A stretch of 44,743 bases of DNA, the filler included, from Jimgerdemannia flammicorona (lineage: Eukaryota), in the NCBI GenBank assembly GCA_003990765.1. It is 2 parts of 2 records of this genome, joined end to end, with 100 filler letters (N's around TTAATTAATTAA, not from the genome) between each part and the next. Parts side by side here need not be neighbours in the genome. Positions count along the whole stretch, not along the records: positions 22,427 to 44,743 come from RBNJ01001301.1; 1 more part is not named here. One strand, 5' to 3'. The translations under genes and the position numbers were made by a program. Position 1 is the stretch's first letter; every line of letters starts with the position of its first letter. The notes under the pieces were generated by a model, which saw only the letters and a list, made by a program, of their open reading frames with translations, was not told where the DNA came from and searched no databases. Shown piece after piece: positions 28,500 to 42,000 of the stretch.

Positions 28500-29680
28500 A
28501 GTTGATTTATATAGTTACTATAGAATGACTTACTGAGCTCACTCTTGTCATCCTTCAGGTAAATAAAATTATTCTAGACTTATAAATATTGTATTACTTA
28601 TTGATAAGTATAAGTAAGATCTTTTGGAGCTATAGATTTTAGCTGTTCCATATCAGAGAAGATTTGATCAAACTTTTTATCAAAGACTTCATAAATATGA
28701 GAATTGCAGACCATAATCTGATAATGTAGCTATTGTTTTAATAAAAATAAAAATGGTTAAGTTCATGAACTGCCAAATAAATATATAAATAAAATGTGAA
28801 TAAAATACTCATAATAGTATAAATTGAACCATTACTGTCTTTGGTATTTAAGCTCACATCCTTCAAAATTTTAATGATAACATCTGTTTTCAGATTACTC
28901 TCATACTTTGGAAAAAGATCTTTAAGAAAAAAGTAATAAAGAAGTATATTTACTATATTTCTAGATCACTTTATAATCTTATATTTTTGATAGAGATTGC
29001 TGATATCCTATAATTTATGAACTCATTTCCAAAAAACAACTTATCTATTTCTTTTTCTATCTTGCTTAACCATCTGTTCTACATATCTGACCAAACAAGC
29101 CTCCATATCATCATTCTGAAGCATTTTGTCATCTGAAAGCACCTTGTTATCTAGAAGCATCTCATTATTTAGAAGTATCTCTTTATCTGAAAGTACCTCA
29201 TTATCTAAACTATATGGAAATATCTCATCATTTGAACCATACAGAAATACCTCATTATTCTGAATTATAAGCTCAGATTATTTATCATCCCTATCTTATT
29301 TACCACCCTCACCTTGTTTTCTAACTCTGTCTTTACCTTAATTTTATACAGTCTTTGCTATTTGACTGCTTTTTTATTGAAGTTGAAAGCCACAAACTTA
29401 CTAGTATTGACCTTGTCTAGATGTAATATAGTCTACTTAATTTTATATATCTTTATGGTCTAGTGCAATTTGTCTATAGTCTGCTCCTTAGTTTTGTATA
29501 TCTTTGTAGTCTGCAGCCTATCTGTGGTTTACTGCTCCTTAGTTCCACAGAATTGATATGATTTATTCATAGCTTGATACATATTATTCATAGCTTAGTA
29601 CTTATTATTCATACTAGAGTATATTTTATTTATCTTAGGATGCAATTCTGTTATCTTTAGATATAAAGAGATTGTAATAA
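28500..29680 (-). pseudogene. decayed gene with acidic peptide repeats, head-to-head with the Plavaka transposase
   Basis: Two 27-bp and about five 18-bp in-frame units (consensus DDEVFPYGS / DDEVLP) at 29110-29260; GTAAGT-like splice donors. Confidence 0.45.
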
Positions 29681-30059
29681 GGGGGGAGTAAGAAAAGACA
29701 TAATTCTTCTAGATAAAGACCTCTTTTTATATCTGCAATAATTATAATAAACATATATATATAAATATCAGAAAGCTTAATAAGTGAATGTAAAGCTTGC
29801 TTACTTATATTTAGTTAATATAATGATATAATGAGTTTGGTTAATATGATAAAGCATAAGTATGTTAAATAAGTATATATTAAACAAGTATATATTAAAC
29901 AAGTATATCAAGCAAGTATATTAAGAGTAAAAGTGTAAAGCCAATTAGATAAAGAATTTATAAAATTCCATTTTAGACCAACATATTTCATATTTATAAA
30001 CTTACTGTTAAAATTCATATTGTTCTTCAAATTCTTCTCTACTTTAAACCTAATATCAA

Positions 30060-32026
30060 TATAAAGCTTTTTTTACTTATATTGCAACCTAAAGTGCAAA
30101 TCTATCTTGGAATTGACTTGATATATCTATAAGATATATAATATACTTATATGATATCAGAATGACAAGTCTATTCTTGAATTTCTAGTTCATCAAGATT
30201 TTAGCAACTTTAATATTATACTACTATTATTTATAAATTCATTTATAGTTTATAAGTTAATCTTAAATTTTATACATATTTTAAGTTTGAGCAATATATA
30301 TAAATAAACTTGATAATCATACTAAGTATATATATATAAATCAAGATAATATCAGTAGTGATGGCCTATCTTCAATTCAAGAACAGGAAAGCCTATTATT
30401 TAGCAAAAATGAAAATTTAATTTAAAAGAAAAGATAATCATTCAGGGAGAATGATAATTCAATTCAAGATCAGAGAAGCTTATCTACTATATTGGAGTTT
30501 GGTAAGAATCATATTATCCATAAACTTGGATAGATACCTATAACTGATATGAACAATCCTTTATATCCTTAGAAGAATGATAAATAAATTTGGCTCATAA
30601 ATCTATTGTTTTAAAGTAGAAATATATTCTGAAAGATTACAGATGAACTTCTTAATATATTTACAGATATAAGAATTTTAATAGCAAATGGGTTCCTCCA
30701 GTTTATAAACTCAAGAGAGATGATAAAACTTTAGATATAGTAGCCAAAAACAGAGTAATATATAATTAAACAGTTAATATTCCTATTAAATCATAAATAT
30801 TCGGTAATTCTCTTTTTCAAATTAGTTCTTCAATTATAAAGTTTTTAACATCACTCATATATATGTCTAAAACTTGAATTAATGAATATATACTATTCTA
30901 TTGAGATCTACTTACTGTTCTGCATAAGCTGATATCAAATACTTTATTCAAGAATAATATGAAATTTAAAGTAAAGAAATACTATATAGTAAATAGTATG
31001 TATATAAAAGTACTCTAAGATATATTGGAGTAATTTTTAATAGCAAACATAGGTAAAATAATAATTAATTTTAAGTTTACAGATGATCAGTCAGTATACT
31101 CACTATTTGTAGACTATAATTCTTTTTTCAAACTATAGGAGAAACTCTTACTTAGTATAATAATAATTCTGATATTACTTAGGATTGACCAAATATATTG
31201 TAATCTGCTTAGATGTATCAAAATATATCTACTATATATTTCTATTAACAATCTCTCTAAATATATTTAGCAAACATACTCATAAAATATATTCCCAGTA
31301 ATTGCATATTTTCTAATTATTGAAGAAACTCTCAAGGAGACTGAAAAAGACTTCTTCCATAAAGTAAAAGTAGTTCTATATTATAGATATATATTATAGG
31401 TACTTTGCAGACTATCTGTAGTAGAAAAAAGTTAATATTTATAATTATAAAATTATTTTGATAAAATTTTATTATTTGATAGCTGATTACAAACATATTT
31501 TGTAATAGTATTATTATGTATAAATCAGATAACAAACTTTATAATTACTATCCAGTAGTTATGTTCTTTATGGTTGATTATCCAGAGATATGTTTGATCT
31601 ATCTGATCTATATGAATCAAGCCTGCCCAAAATATATGGTCTCTTACTTGTAATTTTTATATCTTGATAAGATATATCCTCTATAAATAGTTTCTGAAAT
31701 ATAGCGAGCAGTTGTAAATATACAGATTTACAATTCAAAAAGCAAATATAAAATAGCTAAGAAGAGCCTTTAGGAGTGTAGATTATAGATATTAACTTTA
31801 TATATTAATTTTGCTTATTTTCCAATAAATATTTTTTTCTAACAATTATATCATCTATCAACCAAACTCTAGAATACATTATGGGAACTATCTCTTATAA
31901 ATATTTATTTAATAATTATGTCTGATATACTTCATCAAATAAAAAAAGATATCTGAGAACATCTGGTCAATCTAACTCTTAATCTTATTAAGAGTTTGTT
32001 TAATATACATAGCAAACCTGCTTATA
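30060..32026 (+). pseudogene. Plavaka-type (CMC/CACTA-related) transposase, 5' part, heavily decayed
   Basis: Relic C2H2 finger ~30070-30140, NPLYP*, IDQ...LYISINNLSK...IAYF (~31160-31320), MVDYPEICL...CPK (~31570-31635), DILHQIKKD (~31924). Order matches my recollection of Plavaka motifs. Confidence 0.8.
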
Positions 32027-33527
32027 TGTAAGTGCACAACCTCCAAGCCACCAAAATTGCATGGCATCCTCAGAACTAATTTGAAAACCATATGGGAGAC
32101 TACAAAACAAGTTACTGAAGAGATCATCTGGTTACATGAAATATGCTAGCAAGCATAAGAACCCACTGCTAAGATACAAGAATACTAGAAGAAGTACTAC
32201 AACCATAAGACTGACTCTGAACCACTATAACTAGTTTGGTGTACTGTACTATTACAAAAGGAAACTGAAAGTACCGAACTCAAATTGAGACAAGAAGAAC
32301 CCTATCTCATCTACCAAAAGGTTCACGAACTACACTTATTAACTCAAGACCAAGATACACTATGACTATACAAGACCTCATTACTTAGCAGAAGCAAAAT
32401 GCATTTGAACAACTCTGTTCACTCTATCTGTATCACTTCTGTTGGAGAGTGATGGATACTTCATCTGAACTCAAGAAAGCCGATATCATTGAAACCAATC
32501 TCAAGTCATCCATATGACAGATATTACTACTAGGAATTGCCTCAGATTACAGAAAATATCATTTCCAAGAGATTTGAACCCCCAGCTATGACATTGGGAG
32601 CCCTTGCCCTAGATGAGAATGGCCAGTCCTCACAAATGTGTCAGCAGACCAAAAAAAAAGAGAACCAAGACCTATTATCCTTATATAACTACTGCCACCA
32701 AGGACAGCCTTAATCTTGCAAGAGATAGAAGTGATGATACCTTGAAACTGATGATGTCAGAAGTCAAAAAACTGCTCAGACTTTGCCAGCAATGATATCA
32801 TCAATAGTGATATCATCAAAGACTAACCAGATAGCACCTAAACCTATAAATAGCTTAGCAGTCATAGTATAGTTAGATTAGCCTTGTACAATATGACTGT
32901 GAACTGACTCAGTAGTCAGACAATCTCTTGATATATCAGATCACTCTTGTACTATATAACTGTATTCCAACTCAGCAAGGTACTTAGTGCTACATCCATA
33001 TTTAGCATAGTCCAGATAGCCCCTCACTAGTATAAATATCCCCTCTCTCAGACCTCAGAATCTCAGACTTAAAGACCTGAATAATCTGAACACAACTCCT
33101 GAACACTTCCCCACAATATTCCTTCACACAACTACTCCTAGTATAGCAATATCATGAATAGTAAATAAACCTATTTAATAACCCACAAACCACTCTTAAG
33201 TAAATCCGCTCTCCATTAGGTCCCACTCCTAACCCTGTTACAAAATTTCCTAATTGGGTATTGTCTGCAGCAATACACCAATTCTACTAAGCTGACCTTA
33301 GTTTCTTGAACCTCCTGAAATACAGAAACTCCTGAACATCCAGAACTAGTCTGAAAGAGGACTTTGGTTGAGACATCAATCTGATCTTGAAATCAATAAG
33401 TATAGAGGACATACTCCATATGAAATTGATCTTGACCATAAGAAAACAGTCTTCCAGAATATCCAGAACTTCTAGAAAATCCTTCCAGAACTACATAATG
33501 GTTACTCTAAAAAGCAACCCTCTTACA
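32027..33527 (+). repeat. 5' LTR of element 4 (1501 bp)
   Basis: tgtaag...cttaca; TATAAATA near 33031 and AATAAA near 33164. Confidence 0.95.
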
Positions 33528-33599
33528 ACTTAGTAGCAGCAGTTTACAATTCAATTCTACTTCAAGATGCTTTCTCACTTAGCTACAAACCCTTTTGAG

Positions 33600-35500
33600 A
33601 ATTCCTACAAGTTGGTGTAAAGCCCAACCTCTGAACTGGAATTTATCCTGAACTATCTGACAATCTGGAGAGAATTGAACCTGATGTACAAGGACAATTT
33701 GACCTCCACACCTGCAACAAGTGGGACAAACTTCATTCAAAGAAAGAAGTATTCCAATTAAATCAGCAAATAGATGAAAACCTATTCACCGAACTCCTTG
33801 CACTACACCCAGTAAGTCAAGATGAAGAAGGTCTTATAGAAGCCTTCTTTACTATTCTCAACAAGAGTTTTGTCAGCTCCACAAATCTAAGTGACCTAGG
33901 ACAACCAGCAGCAGTCTTTCTAGCCTTAGTCTCTCACAAAGTCCAAGCCTCTGTAGCCAAGTAGCTCAACTCTACTGACTTTTACCATACCAGGACCAAG
34001 ATCACATTATACTACTAATTCCAGAATAGCAAGGCCCGCTATATTCTTAAAAAAGAAGCAAGAGAAACCCTTCATCAACTATCTGACCCCAAACTAGAAG
34101 CAGGCCCAGCTACAGCCCTACCTGAACCTAAAACTAATACCAAACCAGAACTTGACTTTAAATTAAGTCCATCTGAAATCAGATATACAACTGATTCTGT
34201 CTACTTTGATGCTGAGCAAACCCAACTCCACGGGGACCAAACTGAAGAGGAGGAGGAGTATCTCAGTGAATTCAATCCCAGATACACCACCAAAGGAGAC
34301 GTGCCTCCATCAGGAGAGAATACACCTACACAGCAACAGACAGCTATCTATCAAGCCCTTACTCCAGACCCACAACTACTACTCCAGCAACTTACACAGA
34401 CCCAAAGAACCCCATCACACTCTACACTAGTACCTTAAGTAGTACCAGTAACACCACTACCAGTAGTCCAACTGCCTCTAGTAAATAACATGGTGAACTA
34501 ACAGATTCTAGACCTCACAGCCCAGGTAGCAATAATGGCAGCAACCATTACTGCCTTAGCTGAACAGACCCGATCTACCAAAAATCTGAGCTTATCTACC
34601 TTCAATGGTACTGCACAAGAAGTCCAAAGCTTCATTAGTGTAGTTGACACTAACTTTGAAGCCAATCAATGGACCAATGCTTGAGTTACTGACTGCCTTC
34701 TGATAAACAATCAAGACCACACTCTGGAACAACTCTTTGCTACTACCACAGCCTATGTCTGCCAAGTTGTTACATTCTTCTGAGGACCTGCCAAAGAATA
34801 GTGATGAACCCTTTCTGAAAAACCCCTCACATGGGATACCCAACCTGCAGTAGTTGCCCAAAATACAGCAAATAATGCCCCAGGATATGGAGCCCATCCT
34901 GCAGCCCCTGGACTCAAACAATTCATGATTGCTCAATACTGCAGTGAAACTATGATTGCCAAATCTCAAGTAAAACTCCACAACCTCAAATTTGATGTAT
35001 ATGGCAAAGAAGAATTTGAAACCTTCTGTACAAAACTCGAGTCACTCCTGAACACTGTTGGTCTAGAATATATTGCCAATGATGAAGTACAAAATGGTAC
35101 AAGAGCAGACCATTTATTCGATGCACTGCCTGAATGGCTTACTAGAAAAATCTGAGAACAAGGCCATTCAGTTGGTTGTGATCACCAACAATGGTGCCTG
35201 GCAAGAATCAAGACTATGGTCAAGTGAATCCTAACAGCTGGACCAATTCTGCCCTGAAGACAATTCAACAACAAGGAAAAAAACTTGGACCAAGAAAGAA
35301 GAACCCAAGCATGAAGCATTCTGAGCTCCCTCAACATCCACTTCATGGATGCCCAGAAATCATGAACCCACTTAGCCAAGTACCTTCAAGAAACTCACTG
35401 AAGGAGAAAGGAATGAACTTTGAAGAAGCAGAGCATACTTCTATTGCCAAAAGACAGGACACATGGCCAGTGCCTGCCCTAATTGAAAACCCATAAGCAA
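33600..35500 (+). pseudogene. Gag with long N-terminal extension and CCHC knuckle, element 4
   Basis: One frame with only transition-type stops; TFNGTAQEVQSFI, F*GPAKE**, (C)FYCQKTGHMASAC at ~35436-35480. Confidence 0.82.
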
Positions 35501-35544
35501 CTGTTACTACTCTGCACCACCTCAATAACCTGACTACCAGAACA

Positions 35545-35952
35545 CTAGACTTTGTCAAGTTAAGACAAACTGCTAAGGCCCCAATCAAAGGAAGTCAAAA
35601 AGCAGCTGGATATGACCTGTATGCAGCCAAAGAAGCTATAGTTTCCAACTGAAAAGTCAAGCAAGTCTATACAGGAATCAGCATCCAAATTCCTGAAGGA
35701 CATGTTGGAAGAATATGCTGTCGCAGCAGTCTAGCATTGAAAGGACTCTCAGTAGAAGAAGGAATCATTGACAAAAATTATACAGGTGAAATCATTGTTC
35801 TGATCCGAAACCATAGTTGGATACTCTCCAAGATCTCTATTGGTTTCTGTATTGCACAGATCCTATTTGAGAAAATCAAGTCAACTCTGACAGTCAAGGA
35901 AGTCCCTGAACTACTACCTACCATCTGAGGATCCAAAGGATTTGGCTCATCA
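35545..35952 (+). pseudogene. dut: dUTPase, element 4
   Basis: AAGYDL, RSSLA, GIIDKNYTGE, CIAQ, *GSKGFGSS. Confidence 0.93.
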
Positions 35953-36164
35953 AACAAGGCCCCAGCACAACCTACCATGAACAAAGAAGAACAATTCTAC
36001 AAGAAAATCGAAGACAGATATGTACCAAGTGGCTGATGCCTCCATGGTATTGGAATGTACTCTTCCCAAATGATTGATGATTGCTTCTCTTGTGTCAATG
36101 AACTGGCTCAAAGAAGAACCAACAGAAGGAAAGCTCCTACAACTAAAATCACTACCATTGGATC

Positions 36165-36520
36165 AGACAAACTGCTTACACTTAAAGCTTTTGTCAACCG
36201 AGCACCTGTCAAGATTATGATAGACAGCAGTGCCTCAGGTAACTTCATCAATGAAGAAATAGCCAACAGACTCAAGGTCTTCACATCTCCAGTACAACAA
36301 ACTCAAGCAGTTGCCACAGCTGATGGAACCTCTCACATTATTAGCAAAGAAGTCTGCAATCTGCCCTTCCAAATTGGTGACTACTGAGTACATGTTACCC
36401 TCCAGATTATACCACTCTCTGACAACAAAATCATCCTTGGAATCCTATGGTTAAAATAAGAGAACCCTATGATCGATTGGGTAAACCATTCTCTGACTAT
36501 CAAGAAAGGATGCCACAACT
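36165..36520 (+). pseudogene. aspartic protease, element 4
   Basis: MIDSSASGNFI and IILGILWL. Confidence 0.9.
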
Positions 36521-36910
36521 TTAAACTATAAGGTGAAAAGGACCCACTCAGTTCCAGTGACCCTAGACTAAAGATCACTCACATCAACAAGCTATAACTC
36601 AAGAAATTGGCCAAGAAATACCCTCTCTTTGCTATCTCCATCTGTCCATCCAAAGGAGAATCTGAGAACTCTGAAGAAGACTTTTCTAAAGTTGATAGCC
36701 ATGTCAGACCACTACTCCAGAAGGTCTGAGACACATTTCTGAACCGAACCACAGAACCACCTACATCTGTTATTATTAATGACCAAGAAGAATACAAAGT
36801 TGAACAAATTCTCAACAAATACAGCCACAAGAGCCATCCAAATGGTATAATAACACCAGAACAAATTAGAAGGCCCTGATGAGGATATCGAAAGCTAAGA
36901 AGGGGAGAGT

Positions 36911-38410
36911 TATAAGCACACAACCTCCAAGCTATCAAAATCACATGGCATCCTCAGAACTAATTTGGAAACTATATGCAAGACTACAAAACAAGTTACT
37001 GAAGAGATCATCTGGTTATACGAAATATGCCAGCAAGCATGAGAACCCACCACTAAGATACAAGAATATTAGAAGAAGTACTATAACCATAAGACTGACT
37101 CTGAACTGCTATAACTAGTTTGGTATACTGTACTATTACAAAAGGAAACTGAAAGTACTGAACTCAAATCAAGACAAGAAGAACCCTATCTCATCTACCA
37201 AAAGGTTCACAAACTGCACTTATCAACTCAAGACCAAGATATACTGTGACTATACAAGACCTCATTACTTAGCAGAAGCAAAATACATTTGAACAACTCT
37301 ATTTGCTCTATCTGTGTCACCTCTGTTGGAGAGTGACAGATGCTTCATCTGAACTCAAGAAAGCCAACATCATCAAAACTAATCTCAAGTCATCCACATG
37401 ACAGATATTACTACTAGAAATTGCCTCGGATTACAGAAAATATCATTTCTGAGAGATTCGAATCCCCAGTCACGATGTTGGGAGCTCTTGCCCTAGACAA
37501 GAATGGCCAGTCCTCACAAATGCGCCAGCAGACCAAAAAAACAGAGAACCAAGATCTGTTATTCTTATACAATCACTACTACCAAGGACAGCCTTAATCT
37601 TGCAAGAGATAGAAGTAATGATACCTTGAAACTGATGATGTTAGAAGTAAAAAAACTGCTCAGACTTTGCCAGCAATGATGTCATCAATAGTGATGTCAT
37701 CAAAGACTAACCAGACAGCACCTAAATCTATAAATAGCTTAGCAGTCATAGTATAGTTAGATTAGCCTTATATAATATGACTGTGAACTGACTCAGCAGT
37801 CAGACAATCTCTTGATATGTCAGATTACTCTTGTACTATATGACTGCATTCTGACTCAGCAAGGCACTTAGTGCTACATCCATATTTAGCATAGTCCAGA
37901 TAGCCCCTCACTAGTATAAATACTCCTCCCCCAGACCTCAGAATCTCAGACTTAAAGACCTGAACAATCCAAACACAACCCCTGAACACTTCCTCATAAT
38001 ATCTCTTTACATAACTACTCTTAGTATAGCAATATCAAAAATAGCAAATAAACCTATTTAATAATCCACAAACCACTCTTAAGTAAATCTGCTCTCCATT
38101 AGGTCCCACTCCTAACTCCATTATGAAATTTCCTAATTGGGTATTATCTACAGTGATATGCCAATTCAACTAAGCTGGCCTTAGTTTCTTGAACCTCCTG
38201 AAATACAGAAACTCCTGAATATCCAGAACTAGTCCGAAAGAGGACTTTGGTTGAGACATCAACTTGATCTTGAAATCAATAAGTATAGAGGATATACTCC
38301 ATATGAAATTGATCTTGACCATAAGAAAATAGTCTTCCAGAATATCCAGAACTTCCAGAAACTCCTTTCAGAACTATGTATCAGTTACCCTAAAAAGCAA
38401 CCCTCTTACA
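36911..38410 (+). repeat. 3' LTR of element 4 (1500 bp)
   Basis: Direct repeat of 32027-33527; the first TG has decayed to TA. Confidence 0.95.
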
Positions 38411-38415
38411 TTATA

Positions 38416-39020
38416 CTAGAGCTAGATCTCTATATTTAGCTTGTTCCTTAATATCTTGAGCTCAAAAAATTCTCTACTGAAATTTCAAATCTTAGTCAAA
38501 TAACTACAGCTAAATATCAATAACTAATATATATGTATTACAGTAAGTTTATAAACTATTTGTGAACTCTTTAACTAAAAAAAAAAAATTCTTTTAAAAG
38601 ATGTTCCTCTCATATATGAGAGGAATTTTCAAATCACTTAGTATTATCAAATACCTCACAATATTCATTGAGTGATACTTCTATATCTCATTACTAGTCT
38701 ATACTGAAAAAATACTTATAGATCAAGATATACTATTATTTCAATTTAATAAACTAAAAGAACAGTTTATAGAAATCTCACCAAGTTCACTAAACTTTGA
38801 AAAACTCTACTCTCTATAGTATATTTCTGAGTTAACTCAAATATTTGATATATAGATAATACTGATATAGAGATAACTGAATATCAATATTATATAAAAG
38901 TTAAGATACTATATTGATGAATAAACAAATGTGATTCTCTTCCCTAAGTTGTCAAGTTTGTAGAGTACCAAACAGTACTTGAGGATAAGCTTAATCATAT
39001 TACAACCAGTAAGTTCATAG
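38416..39020 (+). pseudogene. Plavaka-type transposase, continuation after element 4
   Basis: ELDLYI*LVP*YLELKKFSTEISNLSQIT resembles the PxFxGLRxFxxGISxLSQ motif; FPKL near 38940. Confidence 0.7.
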
Positions 39021-39046
39021 AGGGATTCACATCTCTCTCCACTACA

Positions 39047-42000
39047 ATTCACATTACACACACTTTACAACACACTTTTACATCGTTTATTAGAGAAAGA
39101 TATTAAGGCTATATCAACCAGCAAGTAAGCTGATGCCCATACTAGGTCAGGCAGATCTGGGGCCTTCAACTGGCAATATGTTGAGAGAGGGTATAGACTG
39201 GGAATAGGGTCTTTTGGTGGCTCGAGTGGGCAGGGCAGCTCGGGCAGTGGAGGAGGCACTGGTGGGGGGGCTGGAGAGCAACAAGGAAGGAGCTTTGCAG
39301 ATATGCTAAGGACTGGGGGGTGGCCAATGGGAGCTCGCAGTGGACAGGTAGGAGGGAAGGAGAAGCAGAAGGTTGAGGATGCTGGGGGAGCTGGGTCTTT
39401 GTCAGTGAGAGGTAGAGGTAGTAGAGTAGCTGCTGGGGGTAGTAGCAGGACTACTAATGGTAGCATAATGGTGAATCAGGAAAAAAAAAGAGATGTGATG
39501 GCTGATGGCCAGGAGGGGCAGGGGTTTCCAATGCAGAAGGGGGACCTGGCAAATGGTATAATGGGACTGGTGGTAGCTCCATTGCTCAAGAAGTTGAGCT
39601 CAGAGTTCATGGCTACCTTGTACTTCCGGGGCTTGGCAGTGATAGCAAGGATGATCCTGGGGCTTATCTCGAAGCAGGTGGCTGGGGTGGCCTCGGTGAA
39701 GTTCTTGAAGGGCCTAGAGGGGGTTGAGGTGGGCTTCAAGGAGGTGGACCTACTAGATGAGGCCCTGAAGACTGGAGTGGTGGTTGGGAAGGTGGTGGCC
39801 CCATGGTGAGGTACTTGAGGTGAGACCCCAGGGTAGTATAGCTTCTGGTGAGGGGGATGCCCATGGTGACTAAGGAGGAGACTAAGAGGAGAGTGGAGGA
39901 GGTGTTGGTAGAGTATGGTGATGTAGTGGACATTGGCTTTCAGATGTGAGAGGGGACAACAATCAGGATGGGTGACATCGATGTCAGGATTCAGCTGGTG
40001 AGGAAGGAGGCCACAGGGAAGATGAGTGACTGGCCCTCAGTGCTGATGTAGGGGGCCTTCGTCTGTAAGGTGTCAAGGGTGAAAGGGAGTGAAGAGGAGG
40101 AAGAGGACTTGTTAGAGGTACTGGAGGAGTTGAGTGGTGCTGTAGAGAGGAGGATGAAAGCCTAGAAGCTATATGTGGAGTCGACACATCTGGAGATTGT
40201 GGACAGAAAGTATATCTGTACTGACAGGAAGCAGTGGGAGTGGGCCCAGAGATGCAAGAGACAGAGGGAGCTGTTGGCAAGTATGACAGGAGGGGGGAAG
40301 AAGACATTGATTGGAGCTGAGAAGTCTGGAGGTATCAAAGCCAGTGTCTGGGCTAGCAAAGGAGGAGAGGAGGTAGAGGCAAATGAGGCAGAGGCTGGGA
40401 AGATGCTGAATAAGAATCCATATGCTGATAGTACCTTCGAAGTTTGGGAGCCAGAGTTGGACACCACCCCCCCCCCACTTATCAGAAGGGGCCCAGCTGG
40501 GAAGAGAGGGAAGATGAAGAATATACTGATGCAAGGGGCCCAGCAAGTGTACTTTGGGGTCTCTGATGTAGCAAAAGGGGGCCAGGTGGTGGTGGTTGGT
40601 GAGGATGAGCTGGTGGATGTCCCTGAAGAGGAGTGGGATGAGGCTGCCAGTGTAGGAGCTGACACCACTATGTTGGATACAGGGCAGCCAGGGACTTCAG
40701 GAGGGAAGGAGGTAGGGAACTTATTGTGGATGAGCAAGGTGATGGATAATCTCACAGCAGAGGTATTGGGAGAAGTAGATCTGTGGGTGATGTCAGAGAA
40801 ATATTGGGCATGGATTCTGTGTGGTGAAGGAGTGGTAGAGGCACTGAAGGTAGAGATTCTTGCAATCTTCCTGGAGGAGGAGGAATATGAAGTTGACGAG
40901 ACAAGGAAGGCAGAGCTGGTGGTGGTTGCTGGTGAACGGGCAGCCTACTATTGGGCAGAGCATCATGGTTTGCAGCTATGGCAGGAGGCCTGTCTGGAGT
41001 ATTGTGAGGACTTTGAGAAGTGATAAGATGGGGCAATGGTAGAACTTCTGGGAGGGCTGGAGGCATGGGAAGCTGGGGAAAGGGAACTAGCTGCTGAGCA
41101 TGACTTGGACTTAGTGCAGGAGGAGCTGAATGTGGACTTGTAGAGGAGTAGATCATGATATATCATTATTTCTTATGAACAGTACAACCAATATTTTCTC
41201 TTTGAATGTAAATGAGTTAAGGGGCTCTGGGAGGTATAAGAACATTTTCACTTGGCTCAAGGGATTGGAAGCTGATCTCTTCTTACTACAGAATGTTCGG
41301 TATGAGGATGAGGATGATCGAGTAGAGTGGACTAGGGAATGGGGTGGGGCTACTGCTTGGTTTGGAAAAGTGGTGACTCTGGTGAGGAAGGGTAGAGGAG
41401 ACTTGGGGGAAATTAGGAGCTGGGGTGGTCGCTTGGTCTGGGGTGATTGGTATTAGCCAGGGTGGGAATTGGTGAAGGTGGGCTCTTGCTACTGCCCTGT
41501 GGCTAGGGGTGAGAGGACTATATAGATTAGGGAGCTACTGGAGGAGGGTATTCTCTTGGAGGAAGGGGTCAATGTTCTTGGTGGGGACTTTAATATGGTT
41601 TGGGATCAGCACCTGGACAGAACTGATGGAGAGAGGAGTGCAGGGGGGAGAAGTGGAGGTCTGGATGCATGGGAGGAGGTGGAGAAGTTGAGCTTCTTGG
41701 GGGATATGGGCAGAACATGGTGGGGTGACACCAGGGTCTACACTCATTGGGTGAATGGCTTGGGTACAAGGATTGACTGAATTCTGATGGCAGAGTGCTG
41801 GGGTCTAGATGTTTGGAAGGCATTGGAGGTGGAGTGGTGTCTATGGTCTGATCACTGGGGACTGTTGGGGCAGGGGCAGTTTTGGGGGAGTGGAGATGGA
41901 CCCGGACATTGATGCCTTAACTCCTCCCTACTGGCTGAGAAGGGGTTGTGGGAATCATGGGTAGAGGACATTCAGGTGGAGGTTTCTATCTGGAGGCATG

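Larger units (their letters stand above)
32027..38410 (+). mobile_element. Element 4: non-autonomous Ty3/gypsy with 1.5-kb LTRs; extended gag-dUTPase-Cys module-PR-truncated chromodomain; no RT, RH or IN core
   Basis: LTRs 32027-33527 and 36911-38410; perfect TSD ttata; PBS 33531-33543; PPT aagaaggggagag 36897-36909. Confidence 0.93.

Noticed and set aside
38251..38439. 62-aa ORF with RGYTPYEIDL resembling an integrase core end
   Set aside because: Too short to support; it runs out of the LTR into the flank and the other LTR copy has stops.
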